DNA of 46,441 nt from an uncultured Candidatus Saccharibacteria bacterium (GCA_964620145.1 CAZUGR010000002.1:1-46441), one strand, 5' to 3'; positions 25,568 to 35,245 are shown, counted from the first letter of the stretch. Made by a program: numbers and translations. The notes: a model not told the origin generated them from the sequence alone.

Positions 25568-28021
25568 CTATCGTTTCTTTTTCATTGTTTCACTACTTAA
25601 TAATGCTGCAAATTCTTCGGGATTTGCTTTTTCAGTATCAAAATTATCGGGCAAATAGATTCGCTTTAATCCTGACTTGATAAACATTCCTGATTTTGAT
25701 TTTAATACCTGCATTTCTTTTTTACTTTTTGGGTGAACAAATGTTGCTACAAGTTCCGTTCCTTTTGGTAATGATTTTGGAGTATTAATTAATTCCAAAG
25801 CTTGTTCCAAGGTAATTGTGTACGGATCAAGATTACTTGATTTTTTAATTGATCGGAATTCTCGTCCTCGTCCAACATAGGGGCCAAATTGTCCTATGTT
25901 TGCAATCACTGGTTCACCTGTCGCTGGGTCGTTCCCGAGATCTCTTGGGAGTTCCAATAATTTTACTGCCATGTCCAAGGTAACATCGCCTGGTTGTGTG
26001 CGCGGTGGTAATGATGCACGACGCGGTTGAGGAAGTAGTTTTGCTTGTGCGATGGCTTCCTTTTCTTGTTTTACGAGTTCTTTGTCTGCATCAGTTTTTT
26101 TATGACCTTTTGGAAATTTAGTCAATTTTGGAATTGTCGGAGATTCTCCTAATTGTACATACGGACCAAATCGTCCAGTGAGTAAAAAGATCGGAAGTTT
26201 TTTTTCTGGATGGTATCCGATCGGTTCTTCTTTGCCGACTTCGGCTCCATCCATGGTTAATGCTCCGTCACATTCTGGATATCGGGTACATGACAAAAAT
26301 TTTCCACTGCGTCCCAATTTTACCATCATTGGTGATTTACATTTTGGACAAGTAAATTCACTCGGCGCATCACCTAGATTGGTTGCTTTTTCCAACTTTT
26401 CTTTTTCTACAACCTCAGCAGAAAATGGTATATAAAAATCTTGCAGTGTTTTTACATAAGTCCGTTCACCACTCGCAATGTCATCCAATTCATTTTCCAT
26501 TTCTGCAGTGAATGTGTCACCGATATAAGTTGGGAAATTAGTTTCGAGGAATGTTGAAACGACATCTCCTGTGTCTGTTGGGAATAATGTGCGTCCTTCT
26601 TTTTTAACATATTCTCGATCTTCAAGCGTTTTCATAATAGACGCATAGGTTGAAGGTCGTCCAATGCCTCGTTCTTCCAATTCTTTAATCAATCCTGCTT
26701 CGGTATATCGATTTGGTGGTTGGGTCGCTTTTTCTGTTTCGGTAATATCAATCAATTGAATACTTTGTCCGATGGAAAGTTTCGGGAGCTCTACATCTTC
26801 GCCTCGTGCACCTTTGTCTACCGTTAGCCATCCTGGGAAAATAATTCGAGAACCGTTCGCGGTAAAATCAGGAATATTTTTTGTATCAATATTCGCTACT
26901 AATTTTGTCTTGAACATTTTTGCATCTGCCATTTGTGATGAAACAGCTCGTTCCCAAATCAATCGATACAATGATTTTTCTGCATCGTTTGCTCCTAAAT
27001 CTGTTTTGCTCACACTGGTTGGACGAATTGCTTCATGGGCTTCTTGAGCATTTTTTGATTTGGTTGCATAGGTTCGGAATTGTGTATATTCCTTTCCATA
27101 TTTACTTTCTATCAATGCCAAGATTTGTGCCTGAGCCTGCTTGGAAAGATTGGTCGAGTCGGTACGCATATAGGTAATGTGTCCGGCCTCGTATAATTTT
27201 TGTGCAATTTGCATCGTTCGAGAAGGAGAAAATCCAAATCGAGTTGATGCAGTTTGTTGTAATGTTGATGTTGTAAACGGAGCTCGAGGAGATCTTTTTT
27301 GTTCACTTGTTTTAATATCTACAATTGACCAAGGTTGTTTTTTTGCAAGGTCGAGGATTCTGTTTACTTCATTGATATCACGAGGTTCATCTGAGCACAC
27401 AAGAGGGAATTGTTCTTTTTCTGCAGAAAAATTTCCTTGAATCGTCCAATAAATTTCTGGAACAAATGCGCGAATTTCTCGTTCCTTTTCCATAATGATA
27501 CGGAGTGCAGGAGATTGAACGCGTCCAGCAGATAATCCATAACGAACCTTTTTCCAAATGAGTCCAGACAAATCATATCCTACCAATCGATCTAATACCC
27601 GACGAGCTTCTTGGGCTTGTACTAATTTTTTATCTACCGAGCGAGGGTTTTTTAATGCTTCGGTTACCGCATCTTTGGTGATTTCATTAAAGGTTACTCG
27701 TTTGATTGGAGTGTTTGTATTTTTTTCTTTTAAAATTTCTTCCAAGTGCCAAGCAATGGCTTCACCTTCTCGGTCGGGATCGGGTGCGAGGATAATCTCG
27801 TCAGCTTTTTTGGCAAGGGTTTGGAGTTCAGAAATAACGCGTCCTTTGCCTGCAGAAATTTCATAATGGGGAATAAAGCCACCTGGAATATCAATGGCGT
27901 CTTTGTTTGATTTTGGTAAATCACGAATATGCCCGATTGATGCGCGAACGGTATATTTTCCGTCCAGATATTTTTCAATCGTTTTTGCTTTACTTGGTGA
28001 CTCAACAATTAATAGTTTCAT
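25568..28021 (-). CDS. topA: DNA topoisomerase I
   Basis: Toprim LLIVESPSKAKTIEKYL, DPDREGE, active-site Tyr context ITYMRTDS, and the C-terminal zinc ribbon CPKCKSPM...CTRYPEC. Confidence 0.97.
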   Translation of the reverse strand: MKLLIVESPSKAKTIEKYLDGKYTVRASIGHIRDLPKSNKDAIDIPGGFIPHYEISAGKGRVISELQTLAKKADEIILAPDPDREGEAIAWHLEEILKEKNTNTPIKRVTFNEITKDAVTEALKNPRSVDKKLVQAQEARRVLDRLVGYDLSGLIWKKVRYGLSAGRVQSPALRIIMEKEREIRAFVPEIYWTIQGNFSAEKEQFPLVCSDEPRDINEVNRILDLAKKQPWSIVDIKTSEQKRSPRAPFTTSTLQQTASTRFGFSPSRTMQIAQKLYEAGHITYMRTDSTNLSKQAQAQILALIESKYGKEYTQFRTYATKSKNAQEAHEAIRPTSVSKTDLGANDAEKSLYRLIWERAVSSQMADAKMFKTKLVANIDTKNIPDFTANGSRIIFPGWLTVDKGARGEDVELPKLSIGQSIQLIDITETEKATQPPNRYTEAGLIKELEERGIGRPSTYASIMKTLEDREYVKKEGRTLFPTDTGDVVSTFLETNFPTYIGDTFTAEMENELDDIASGERTYVKTLQDFYIPFSAEVVEKEKLEKATNLGDAPSEFTCPKCKSPMMVKLGRSGKFLSCTRYPECDGALTMDGAEVGKEEPIGYHPEKKLPIFLLTGRFGPYVQLGESPTIPKLTKFPKGHKKTDADKELVKQEKEAIAQAKLLPQPRRASLPPRTQPGDVTLDMAVKLLELPRDLGNDPATGEPVIANIGQFGPYVGRGREFRSIKKSSNLDPYTITLEQALELINTPKSLPKGTELVATFVHPKSKKEMQVLKSKSGMFIKSGLKRIYLPDNFDTEKANPEEFAALLSSETMKKKR

Positions 28022-28144
28022 ATAATATATAGTGCGACCTTAGTTTTAGTAATGTTCTACTACATAACACGAAATGAGGTTGTTTGGCAAATTTTGTAAA
28101 AAAAAGAGTTACTATAAGCAACTCTTTTACTATAAAAAACATCT

Positions 28145-29116
28145 CTATTTCTTTGTGAAAACAAATACTCCCATACCGCCCAATTGTTTAAGTGGTCCGA
28201 TTTCATATTTTTCTTTCAGTTTGAAATTGTAAAGCGATAATTCTTCTGCAAAAACATTTATGGAAACCTTGTAATCTCCGCGGTTGAAGTTTTCGTCAGA
28301 AGAAGATTCGGTTAAATGTTCAGTTTTACGTTTTATGTAATCAAACATATTACGGATTTGATTATTCGCTTCAAAGTTCAACCCGGCCACAGATCCGTGA
28401 GTATAGAACATTTCATTTATTTTCTTTGCATAAGAATAAATGATTTGATCAAATACATATTGTGATGCGTGACCAGCATACTTTGTCCCAGAAAAACAAT
28501 CGTCAATCAGATTCTTTGCTTCTTCCTCGGCAAGTTCATCGAATCCGCCCTTACGAGCTTCATCAATGATGTGCAGGTAGAATTTTGCAACATTCAGAAT
28601 GCGTCCTTCCTCGGATTCATAATCACTAATGAATTCGTCACCGATAATTAAGATACCACCTGGTTTCAAGTAATTAAAACTTCTGTTCAGAAACATTGAT
28701 CTGTCTTCCCCGTGAATGTGATGCATCACACCTTGCATAAAGATTATATCCAATGTTTGGTGGTTATCATTACTTTTCAAGCCGTATTCTGCAAAGTTGC
28801 GTTGTTGGAATTCGATAGTACCTTTGCGGATTTCATTTTTCCAGTAAATCTTATTTGCGTGAGAAATGAAATTTTCGGAAATATCAAGTCCAATAATGTG
28901 ACAATTATTTTCCGCAATAGAAAAAGTTAATCTTCCGGGCCCACAACCAAGGTCAAGGATTTTTGGGCAGATGTTACTGTTTTCTTGGCAATATTTTCTG
29001 ATAAGGTTTCGAATACATTGATCTGCCTGCGGAATGTATTGATGTCCCTGCAAAGCATTAATATAAAGTTCTGGCGTTACAGTCTTGCCGTAATCTTGAA
29101 TGATTTCGTTTCCCAT
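28145..29116 (-). CDS. class I SAM-dependent methyltransferase with ~130-aa C-terminal extension
   Basis: Motif I ILDLGCGPGRLT and GGILIIGDEF. The substrate cannot be told from the sequence. Confidence 0.7.
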   Translation of the reverse strand: MGNEIIQDYGKTVTPELYINALQGHQYIPQADQCIRNLIRKYCQENSNICPKILDLGCGPGRLTFSIAENNCHIIGLDISENFISHANKIYWKNEIRKGTIEFQQRNFAEYGLKSNDNHQTLDIIFMQGVMHHIHGEDRSMFLNRSFNYLKPGGILIIGDEFISDYESEEGRILNVAKFYLHIIDEARKGGFDELAEEEAKNLIDDCFSGTKYAGHASQYVFDQIIYSYAKKINEMFYTHGSVAGLNFEANNQIRNMFDYIKRKTEHLTESSSDENFNRGDYKVSINVFAEELSLYNFKLKEKYEIGPLKQLGGMGVFVFTKK

Positions 29117-29176
29117 TTTAAATTTTTTTAAGGTGAAAAATATTTTTAGTTATTTTATTATATAAATTAAATATTG

Positions 29177-30049
29177 TCAAGTTCTTCTGATTTCACCACC
29201 AACATCCTTAATTAATCCATTCAATTCCATTTGCGATAACAAAATATTTGCTTTGTGGACAGGAATACCGAGCTCTCGGATTAGATCACCTTTTTGTTTT
29301 GGAGATGATAATAATTCAATGACGGATTGTTCCTGTGGTGAACATTGTGAGAATAAATCCAATGGTGCGGTTTCGGTAATATGAAAACCAAGCGCTTCTA
29401 AAATATCATTGGAACAAGTAATTGGTGTTGCGCCCAGTCTGATGAGCTCGTTTGTTCCTTCTGAATTTTTGGAAAAAATATTTCCCGGAACTGCTAGTAC
29501 ATCACGATTGTATTCTGTTGCGAGTCGTGCCGTAATGCGTGTTCCAGATTTATGTTCTGCTTCGATAACGAGTGTTGCGATTGATAATCCTGCCATTAAT
29601 CTGTTGCGACTTGGGAATGTCCATTGGGCACTTTCTTGATTATTAGGAAATTCTGAAACGAGTGCGCCACCAGATTCAAGGATTCTCATAGCAAGTTGGA
29701 AATTTATTTTTGGATAGAGAGCCTTATCATCGAGCCCTGATCCAGGAAATGCGATGGTTGGAATATTGTGTTCAAGAGCTGTTTCATGTGCGATTGCATC
29801 AATTCCCATAGCAAGTCCAGAAACAATTACAATAGGATATCCTGCAAGTCCTGCGATGAGAGTTTTACATACATCTAATCCATATGCAGAATGATTACGA
29901 GGCCCAACCACAGTAAGGAAGGTGAATTTTTTCATATCAGGAAATGTTCCACGAATCGAGAGTTGTTTTGGTGGTTGCGGAATATGTTTTAGTGGCTCTG
30001 GAATTGGAAATGATTGAATAGGGAATTGCATATTTGTATATTTTACCAT
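29177..30049 (-). CDS. dprA: DNA processing protein DprA/Smf
   Basis: VSGLAMGIDAIAHETAL and LVIEAEHKSGTRITA, plus a C-terminal winged-helix-like tail. Confidence 0.9.
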   Translation of the reverse strand: MVKYTNMQFPIQSFPIPEPLKHIPQPPKQLSIRGTFPDMKKFTFLTVVGPRNHSAYGLDVCKTLIAGLAGYPIVIVSGLAMGIDAIAHETALEHNIPTIAFPGSGLDDKALYPKINFQLAMRILESGGALVSEFPNNQESAQWTFPSRNRLMAGLSIATLVIEAEHKSGTRITARLATEYNRDVLAVPGNIFSKNSEGTNELIRLGATPITCSNDILEALGFHITETAPLDLFSQCSPQEQSVIELLSSPKQKGDLIRELGIPVHKANILLSQMELNGLIKDVGGEIRRT

Positions 30050-30091
30050 ATTGTAATATTTTTCCTACAGAGTTGTTCAAGTAATTTTTAT

Positions 30092-30246
30092 TTGCAAAAT
30101 TTAAAGATATATGTATAATAATTAAGGAATCAATAAAGGAGGTATTCTTACATCTAAATCCTTGTCTGTACAATAATTCTCTTTCACCAAAAAGCAAAAA
30201 ACAGACAAGGAAAGGACACATATTTATATGTGTCCTTTATTTTTTA
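30092..30246 (+). ncRNA. candidate small RNA or leader: promoter, 10-bp long-range hairpin, strong terminator
   Basis: TTGCAA (30092-30097)-16-TATAAT (30114-30119). CCTTGTCTGT (30160-30169) pairs perfectly with ACAGACAAGG (30201-30210). Terminator AAAGGACACATAT/ATATGTGTCCTTT (30211-30238) is followed by a T-run. No plausible ORF. Confidence 0.4.
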
Positions 30247-30255
30247 CCTCGACAG

Positions 30256-30264
30256 TGCTATAAT
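30256..30264 (+). promoter_or_regulatory. extended -10 TGcTATAAT for serS
   Basis: The -10 ends 9 nt before ATG 30274, and there is no SD. Confidence 0.55.
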
Positions 30265-30273
30265 CACGACTAT

Positions 30274-31551
30274 ATGTTGGATATTAAATTTATTCGTGAA
30301 AATCCGGATCTTATCAAAGAAGCGGCTCGCAAAAAACACATCGATTTTAATGTTGATGAATTAGTAACTACTGATCAAAAAAGAATTGAAAAACTTGCTA
30401 TAGTGGAATCATTACGATCAGAACAAAATACGGTTTCTGATAAAATTCCAAGTGCAACACCTGAAGAAAAATCAAGCCTTATTGCACAAATGTCAATTCT
30501 CAAAGAAAATCTCAAAAAACACGATGAAGAATTAAGAGAGATTATGACTGAGTGGCAAAAATTAATGTTGCGTGTACCGAACATTCCTGATATTTCTGTT
30601 CCAGAAGGTGGTGATGATACGGGAAATGTTGAAGTGAAAACTTGGGGAGAAATTCCACAATTTACATCTACTCCAAAAAATCATATTGAATTGTGTGAAA
30701 TGCATGACTTGGCAGATTTTGAACGAGGTGCAAAAGTTTCTGGTTTTCGAGGATATTTCTTGAAAAATGAAGCAGTACAAATTGAAATGGCATTATGGCA
30801 ATTATTCAATGAACGATTAATTACAAAAGGATTTACTCCGATGATTGTGCCGTCATTGGTGAATAAAAAAACACTCATGGGAACAGGATATTTACCGGGA
30901 GGTGAAGATGATCTGTATCGAACTCAAGACGAAGACTATTTGGCAGGAACAGGTGAAGTGGCAACTATGTCGTATTATAGTGATGAAATTCTTGAGGCGT
31001 CACAATTACCAATTAAAATGACTGCATTTTCTCCTTGTTTCCGTCGTGAAGCAGGTTCTCATAGTAAAGATACAAAAGGATTGATTCGAGTGCATGAATT
31101 TTTTAAACTTGAACAAGTGGTATTATGTGAAGCATCGCACACAGAATCAGTTGCTCAACATGAAGCAATTACCGAAAATGTAGAAGAAATTCTCCAAGAG
31201 TTGGAATTACCATATCATGTAGTAGTAAATTGTGGTGGAGATCTCGGACAAGGACAAGTGAAAAAATACGATATTGAAGTTTGGATGCCATCGCAGAATA
31301 CGTATCGAGAAACGCACAGTGCGTCCTATTTTCATGATTTCCAGACACGACGATTAAATATTCGCTATCGTGATGAAAATGGAAAATTACGATTTGTTCA
31401 CTCATTAAACAATACAGCAGTCGCAACTCCACGAATCGTTGCATGTATTTTAGAGAACTATCAACAACTAGACGGAACTATTAAAATTCCAAAAGTATTA
31501 CAAAAATATATGAACGGAAAAGAAATTATTAACGGAGTAAAAAAACCATAG
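30274..31551 (+). CDS. serS: seryl-tRNA synthetase
   Basis: N-terminal coiled coil and class II motifs (FRGYFLKNEAV, CFRREAGS, NNTAVATPR). Confidence 0.97.
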   Translation: MLDIKFIRENPDLIKEAARKKHIDFNVDELVTTDQKRIEKLAIVESLRSEQNTVSDKIPSATPEEKSSLIAQMSILKENLKKHDEELREIMTEWQKLMLRVPNIPDISVPEGGDDTGNVEVKTWGEIPQFTSTPKNHIELCEMHDLADFERGAKVSGFRGYFLKNEAVQIEMALWQLFNERLITKGFTPMIVPSLVNKKTLMGTGYLPGGEDDLYRTQDEDYLAGTGEVATMSYYSDEILEASQLPIKMTAFSPCFRREAGSHSKDTKGLIRVHEFFKLEQVVLCEASHTESVAQHEAITENVEEILQELELPYHVVVNCGGDLGQGQVKKYDIEVWMPSQNTYRETHSASYFHDFQTRRLNIRYRDENGKLRFVHSLNNTAVATPRIVACILENYQQLDGTIKIPKVLQKYMNGKEIINGVKKP

Positions 31552-31569
31552 ATTAAAATGGTTTTTTTT
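31541..31569 (+). terminator. rho-independent terminator overlapping the serS stop
   Basis: AAAAACCAT...ATGGTTTTT followed by a T-run. Confidence 0.7.
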
Positions 31570-31585
31570 GTTATAGTTGGTTATT

Positions 31586-32530
31586 ATGGAATTGAACACA
31601 TTACGTCCTTCACAGAATAATTTTACAAAACCAGTAGTTCGTCAAAAATCTTTTTTATTGAGAATTATTTTTGTCTGCATACTTTTTGTTTGTATTATTA
31701 TGGGTGGAATTATTTCTTTGATAAGGAATAAACAATTTCAATTTACTCATACAGAAGTTTACGGTGTAAAGACTTTTTCTGGTATAGAGATTAATCAATT
31801 TGTACAGCAATATTTTTTAGGTAATCAGATCAAAGTAATACCACGATCAAGTACTATTTTGTTTTCAAAATCAAAATTAGTTCGCGCGCTACAGAAAGAA
31901 TTTCCTATTATTGCAATGGCACATATCACACTTCCAGAGCCAAATATCCTGAATATTTATATCCAAGAAAAACAACCTGTTTGTATTTGGTGTTTTACTG
32001 AAGATGATTGTGTATTTTTAGATGAAGAAGGAATAGTATACGGAAAAGCTCCTAATTTTTCAGATGGGGTATATCCTGTTTTTACCTCAGAGGAAATCAA
32101 AAATTTTGATCAATACAAAGGAAAACAAATTATTGAACCGGATACAATGAATCGTTTTATTGCACTTTTTAAAAATTTACAATCTGATGATATTACATTA
32201 TCTCGAACAATTTTTTTAGAGAATGGTGATATTTCTTTTGCTATAGAAAAATTATTTGATAAATATCCAGATCGATCGGCAAAAATTCTTGGAACTTTTA
32301 ATCAAGATGATACAATATTTATTCGTGATATGGTAACTGGATTAAATCATCAAGCTTTCAAAGATCAATATAGAACACAATCAAAATCTCTGGAATATAT
32401 TGACTTGCGATTTCCAGGAAAGATTTTTTATAAATTTAAAGGAAAAGAAAAACCTCTAGAAAAAGTTACTCCTCAAAATACCGAAACTCATTCTGAACAA
32501 ACAAATAATGAGTATGAAAATGAAGAATAA
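31586..32530 (+). CDS. ftsQ: FtsQ/DivIB-like cell division protein
   Basis: N-terminal TM helix followed by a POTRA-like segment (FTHTEVYGVKTFSGIEINQFV). Start taken at ATG 31586; the track uses TTG 31577. Confidence 0.55.
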   Translation: MELNTLRPSQNNFTKPVVRQKSFLLRIIFVCILFVCIIMGGIISLIRNKQFQFTHTEVYGVKTFSGIEINQFVQQYFLGNQIKVIPRSSTILFSKSKLVRALQKEFPIIAMAHITLPEPNILNIYIQEKQPVCIWCFTEDDCVFLDEEGIVYGKAPNFSDGVYPVFTSEEIKNFDQYKGKQIIEPDTMNRFIALFKNLQSDDITLSRTIFLENGDISFAIEKLFDKYPDRSAKILGTFNQDDTIFIRDMVTGLNHQAFKDQYRTQSKSLEYIDLRFPGKIFYKFKGKEKPLEKVTPQNTETHSEQTNNEYENEE

Positions 32531-32590
32531 TGAAATCACCAAAAGGTGGTTTTTTATTTACAAAAATAATATATAGGGTAATCTAAGTGT

Positions 32591-33685
32591 ATGAATTTTT
32601 GGCAACAACTATTAGAAAAAAGAAAAGTAACAGGAAAGCCGTTTTTTTGTCTTGCGCCAATGGCAGATGTAACTGATGCAGCTTTTCGTAAAATTATAGC
32701 AAAATATGGAAAACCAGACGTTACGTGGACAGAATTTGTTTCTGCTGATGGGCTAGTTCATCCAATTGGTCGGCAAAAACTCATGGAAGACTTGAAATAT
32801 TCAGAAATTGAACGACCTATTGTTGTTCAGTTATTTTCAAGTAATCCAGAAAATATGCGTAGTGCTGCAAAGTTTTGTGCAGAACTTGGCTTTGATGGAA
32901 TTGATATTAATATGGGGTGTCCTGACAAAACTATTGAGAAACAAGGTTGTGGTTCTGCGATGATCAAGAATCCAGAAAAAGCAATTGCAATTATTCAAGC
33001 TGCAAAACAGGGAATTAGTGATTCAGGAAAAAATATCCCACTATCAGTAAAAACACGAGTAGGGTATTCATATCAAGAAATCGATACTTGGATCTCATTA
33101 CTACTTGAACAAAATTTAGCAGCACTCACTGTTCATGCACGAACGCGCAAAGATCTCTCTCAAGTTCCTGCAAATTGGAGTTATGTAAAACAAGTTACTC
33201 ATCTGAGAGATTCTATTGCGCCAGAGACAATAATTATTGGAAATGGTGATGTTGTTGATATGATGGATGGAATTGAAAAATCAGAACAGACCCATTGTGA
33301 TGGAATTATGATTGGGCGTGCAGTATTTGGTAATCCATGGATATTTAATAAATCAATTGCAATCAAGCAGCGGGGAAGTTGGCGTCAAAACTTTCTCTTG
33401 AGATTGTTGCCAAATCAATGGTCTAAAAAAATAAAAGGTGACACACGATATACTATTTCTGATATTACTTTAACAGATAAATTGCGAGTAATGATTGAGC
33501 ATACAGAATTATTTGATGAACTTTTGGGTGGTGTGAAAAATTTCTCTATTATGAAAAAACACTACAAAGCATATGCAACAGGTTTTCCTAATGCAAAAGA
33601 GTTACGTATTCAATTAATGGAATCAAAAGATAAAAATGAAGTAAGATCTATTGTTGAAAATTTTTTGAAAAAAGATAGAGATTAA
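32591..33685 (+). CDS. dus: tRNA-dihydrouridine synthase
   Basis: FCLAPMADVTDAAFR, DGIDINMGCP and LTVHARTR. Confidence 0.9.
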   Translation: MNFWQQLLEKRKVTGKPFFCLAPMADVTDAAFRKIIAKYGKPDVTWTEFVSADGLVHPIGRQKLMEDLKYSEIERPIVVQLFSSNPENMRSAAKFCAELGFDGIDINMGCPDKTIEKQGCGSAMIKNPEKAIAIIQAAKQGISDSGKNIPLSVKTRVGYSYQEIDTWISLLLEQNLAALTVHARTRKDLSQVPANWSYVKQVTHLRDSIAPETIIIGNGDVVDMMDGIEKSEQTHCDGIMIGRAVFGNPWIFNKSIAIKQRGSWRQNFLLRLLPNQWSKKIKGDTRYTISDITLTDKLRVMIEHTELFDELLGGVKNFSIMKKHYKAYATGFPNAKELRIQLMESKDKNEVRSIVENFLKKDRD

Positions 33686-33689
33686 AGTA

Positions 33690-33717
33690 TTGACTTTTTT
33701 GCAAAATATATTATATT
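33690..33717 (+). promoter_or_regulatory. candidate promoter TTGACT-16-TATATT
   Basis: TTGACT at 33690-33695 and TATATT at 33712-33717. Confidence 0.5.
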
Positions 33718-33736
33718 TTAATAAAAACAATAAATT

Positions 33737-33955
33737 ATGGCGTTAAATCTAGAGGACGGTAGTGTAAGAAATCTACCAACAAACAAACCCTTTCTTTTGC
33801 CTAGAGAGCCTTTCCCAAGAAGACTTGTATCAGAAAGTGTGATTTCGAAAAAGAAAGGTTTTTCAAAAATTGAAACCTTTCATGGAAGTATTTGGGTTTC
33901 AGGTTATATTAGTCATGTAACACTGAAAGCTTTGATGCCGCTTAATTTTATTTAA
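33737..33955 (+). CDS. 72-aa ORF of doubtful coding status (alternatively part of a ~270-nt structured RNA)
   Basis: The ORF exists but has no SD and no recognisable family. The region holds mutually exclusive 9-bp helices (see findings). Confidence 0.3.
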   Translation: MALNLEDGSVRNLPTNKPFLLPREPFPRRLVSESVISKKKGFSKIETFHGSIWVSGYISHVTLKALMPLNFI

Positions 33956-33965
33956 AGGAGCCATT

Positions 33966-33996
33966 AAGAGAGATATATTTGGTATGTCTCTTTTTT
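33966..33996 (+). terminator. rho-independent terminator just upstream of the dnaX promoter
   Basis: Stem 33966-33976 pairs with 33984-33994 (includes G:U pairs), loop ATTTGGT, followed by a T6 run. Confidence 0.6.
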
Positions 33997-34009
33997 ATTA
34001 TAAAAAATC

Positions 34010-34018
34010 TGCTATAAT
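34010..34018 (+). promoter_or_regulatory. extended -10 TGcTATAAT for dnaX
   Basis: The -10 ends 6 nt before ATG 34025, which predicts a leaderless transcript. Confidence 0.55.
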
Positions 34019-34024
34019 GTAATC

Positions 34025-35068
34025 ATGTCACATCTTGCGCTGTATAGAAAATATCGCCCACAATTATTCGCAGAAGTTCGTGGTCAAGAAAACGCTATTG
34101 CGTACCTTGAATCAATTATTGCTTCTGGACGTATTCCACATGCGTTACTTTTTACAGGTACTCGAGGAATTGGAAAAACTACCCTCGCTAGAATTTTTGG
34201 AAAAACACTAGAAGTTGATGCTCATGATATTTATGAAATTGATGCTGCATCAAATAATGGTGTTGACGGTGTGCGAAAATTAATCGATGAAGTGAATACA
34301 TTACCATTATCATCACAATATAAAATATATATTCTAGATGAAATACATATGTTTTCAAAGCCAGCTTTTAATGCATTATTAAAAGTTCTCGAAGAACCAC
34401 CAAAACATGTAATTTTTGTTTTTGCAACAACAGAACTTCATAAAATTATTCCAACCATTATTTCTCGTTGTCAGGTAATTCAATTAAAAAAACCTTCTGA
34501 TGCAATTATTGCAGAACAAGTTATCTCTATTGCAGAACGAGAAGGTTATACAGTCAATCTTGAATCAGCTCTTTTGATAGCACATAGAGCTTCTGGTTCT
34601 TTTCGTGATGCTTTGGTTGTGCTCGATCAAGTACTTGAACAATCTCTAGGCAAAGATATTACTATAGCAGATATTGAAAGAATTGGTATTCGGATGACTA
34701 ACCATCTTGTTATTGATTTTTTAAAATATTTTCGAGATAAAGATCAAGATAAAATTTTCTCACTTATTCATCAAGTTGAATCTGGTGATGAAAAAGTATT
34801 AATTGATTTTATAGAATCATGTATTCATGCAATGCGAATTATTCTCTATATAAAATATGCTCCAACATTATGGAAGCAAGAACGAGAAATTTTATCTAGT
34901 GATTATATTGAATGTTATCAAATTTGTTCAGATCAAGAAGTAATCACTCCTAAAATTCTTGGATTTTTCTTGAAAACATATGAAGAAATGCAAACGAGTT
35001 CACTACCAAAAATTCCTTTGGAGCTTGCAATTATTACTATTTTTGGTACTATGAAAAGCGTTCCTTAA
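34025..35068 (+). CDS. dnaX: DNA polymerase III gamma/tau subunit, short form
   Basis: Walker A LLFTGTRGIGKTTLARIF, Walker B ILDEIHM, ALLKVLEEPP, and SRCQ. Confidence 0.9.
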   Translation: MSHLALYRKYRPQLFAEVRGQENAIAYLESIIASGRIPHALLFTGTRGIGKTTLARIFGKTLEVDAHDIYEIDAASNNGVDGVRKLIDEVNTLPLSSQYKIYILDEIHMFSKPAFNALLKVLEEPPKHVIFVFATTELHKIIPTIISRCQVIQLKKPSDAIIAEQVISIAEREGYTVNLESALLIAHRASGSFRDALVVLDQVLEQSLGKDITIADIERIGIRMTNHLVIDFLKYFRDKDQDKIFSLIHQVESGDEKVLIDFIESCIHAMRIILYIKYAPTLWKQEREILSSDYIECYQICSDQEVITPKILGFFLKTYEEMQTSSLPKIPLELAIITIFGTMKSVP

Positions 35069-35102
35069 TAAATACTATATATTTTGTATAGTATTTATTT
35101 AT

Positions 35103-35173
35103 TACCCGATCGTCTAATGGTAGGACACCTGGTTTTGGTCCAGATAATTGGGGTTCGAGTCCCTGTCGGGTAG
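35103..35173 (+). tRNA. tRNA-Gln (anticodon TTG)
   Basis: 71-nt cloverleaf folded by hand: acceptor TACCCGA/TCGGGTA with U1:A72 and G73, anticodon loop TTTTGGT, T-loop TTCGAGT. No encoded CCA. Confidence 0.85.
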
Positions 35174-35245
35174 CAAATAATATTGTTTATAAATAAAGCA
35201 ATCTCTTATGGGATTGTTTTATTTTTTGTGATATAATGAGGTATT

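Noticed and set aside
26178-27866. Multiple 60-100-aa ORFs inside or antisense to topA, and similar ones within prfA, prmC, rel, serS, PBP2 and other genes
   Set aside because: They are shadow ORFs embedded in well-supported conserved genes. They have no independent signals or recognisable sequence families.
30120-30273. T-box riboswitch ahead of serS
   Set aside because: No T-box consensus (AAnnnGGGTGGtACCGCG-like) is present. There is no UGGN bulge or specifier-loop architecture, and the leader is far too short.
33724-34000. SRP (4.5S/scRNA) gene, expected by synteny because ffs often sits just upstream of dnaX
   Set aside because: Neither strand contains the near-universal domain IV signature, a GNAR tetraloop flanked by AGCA; no AGCA or TGCT occurs in the interval. 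I could not build a convincing closing helix. It is kept only as an unknown transcription unit.
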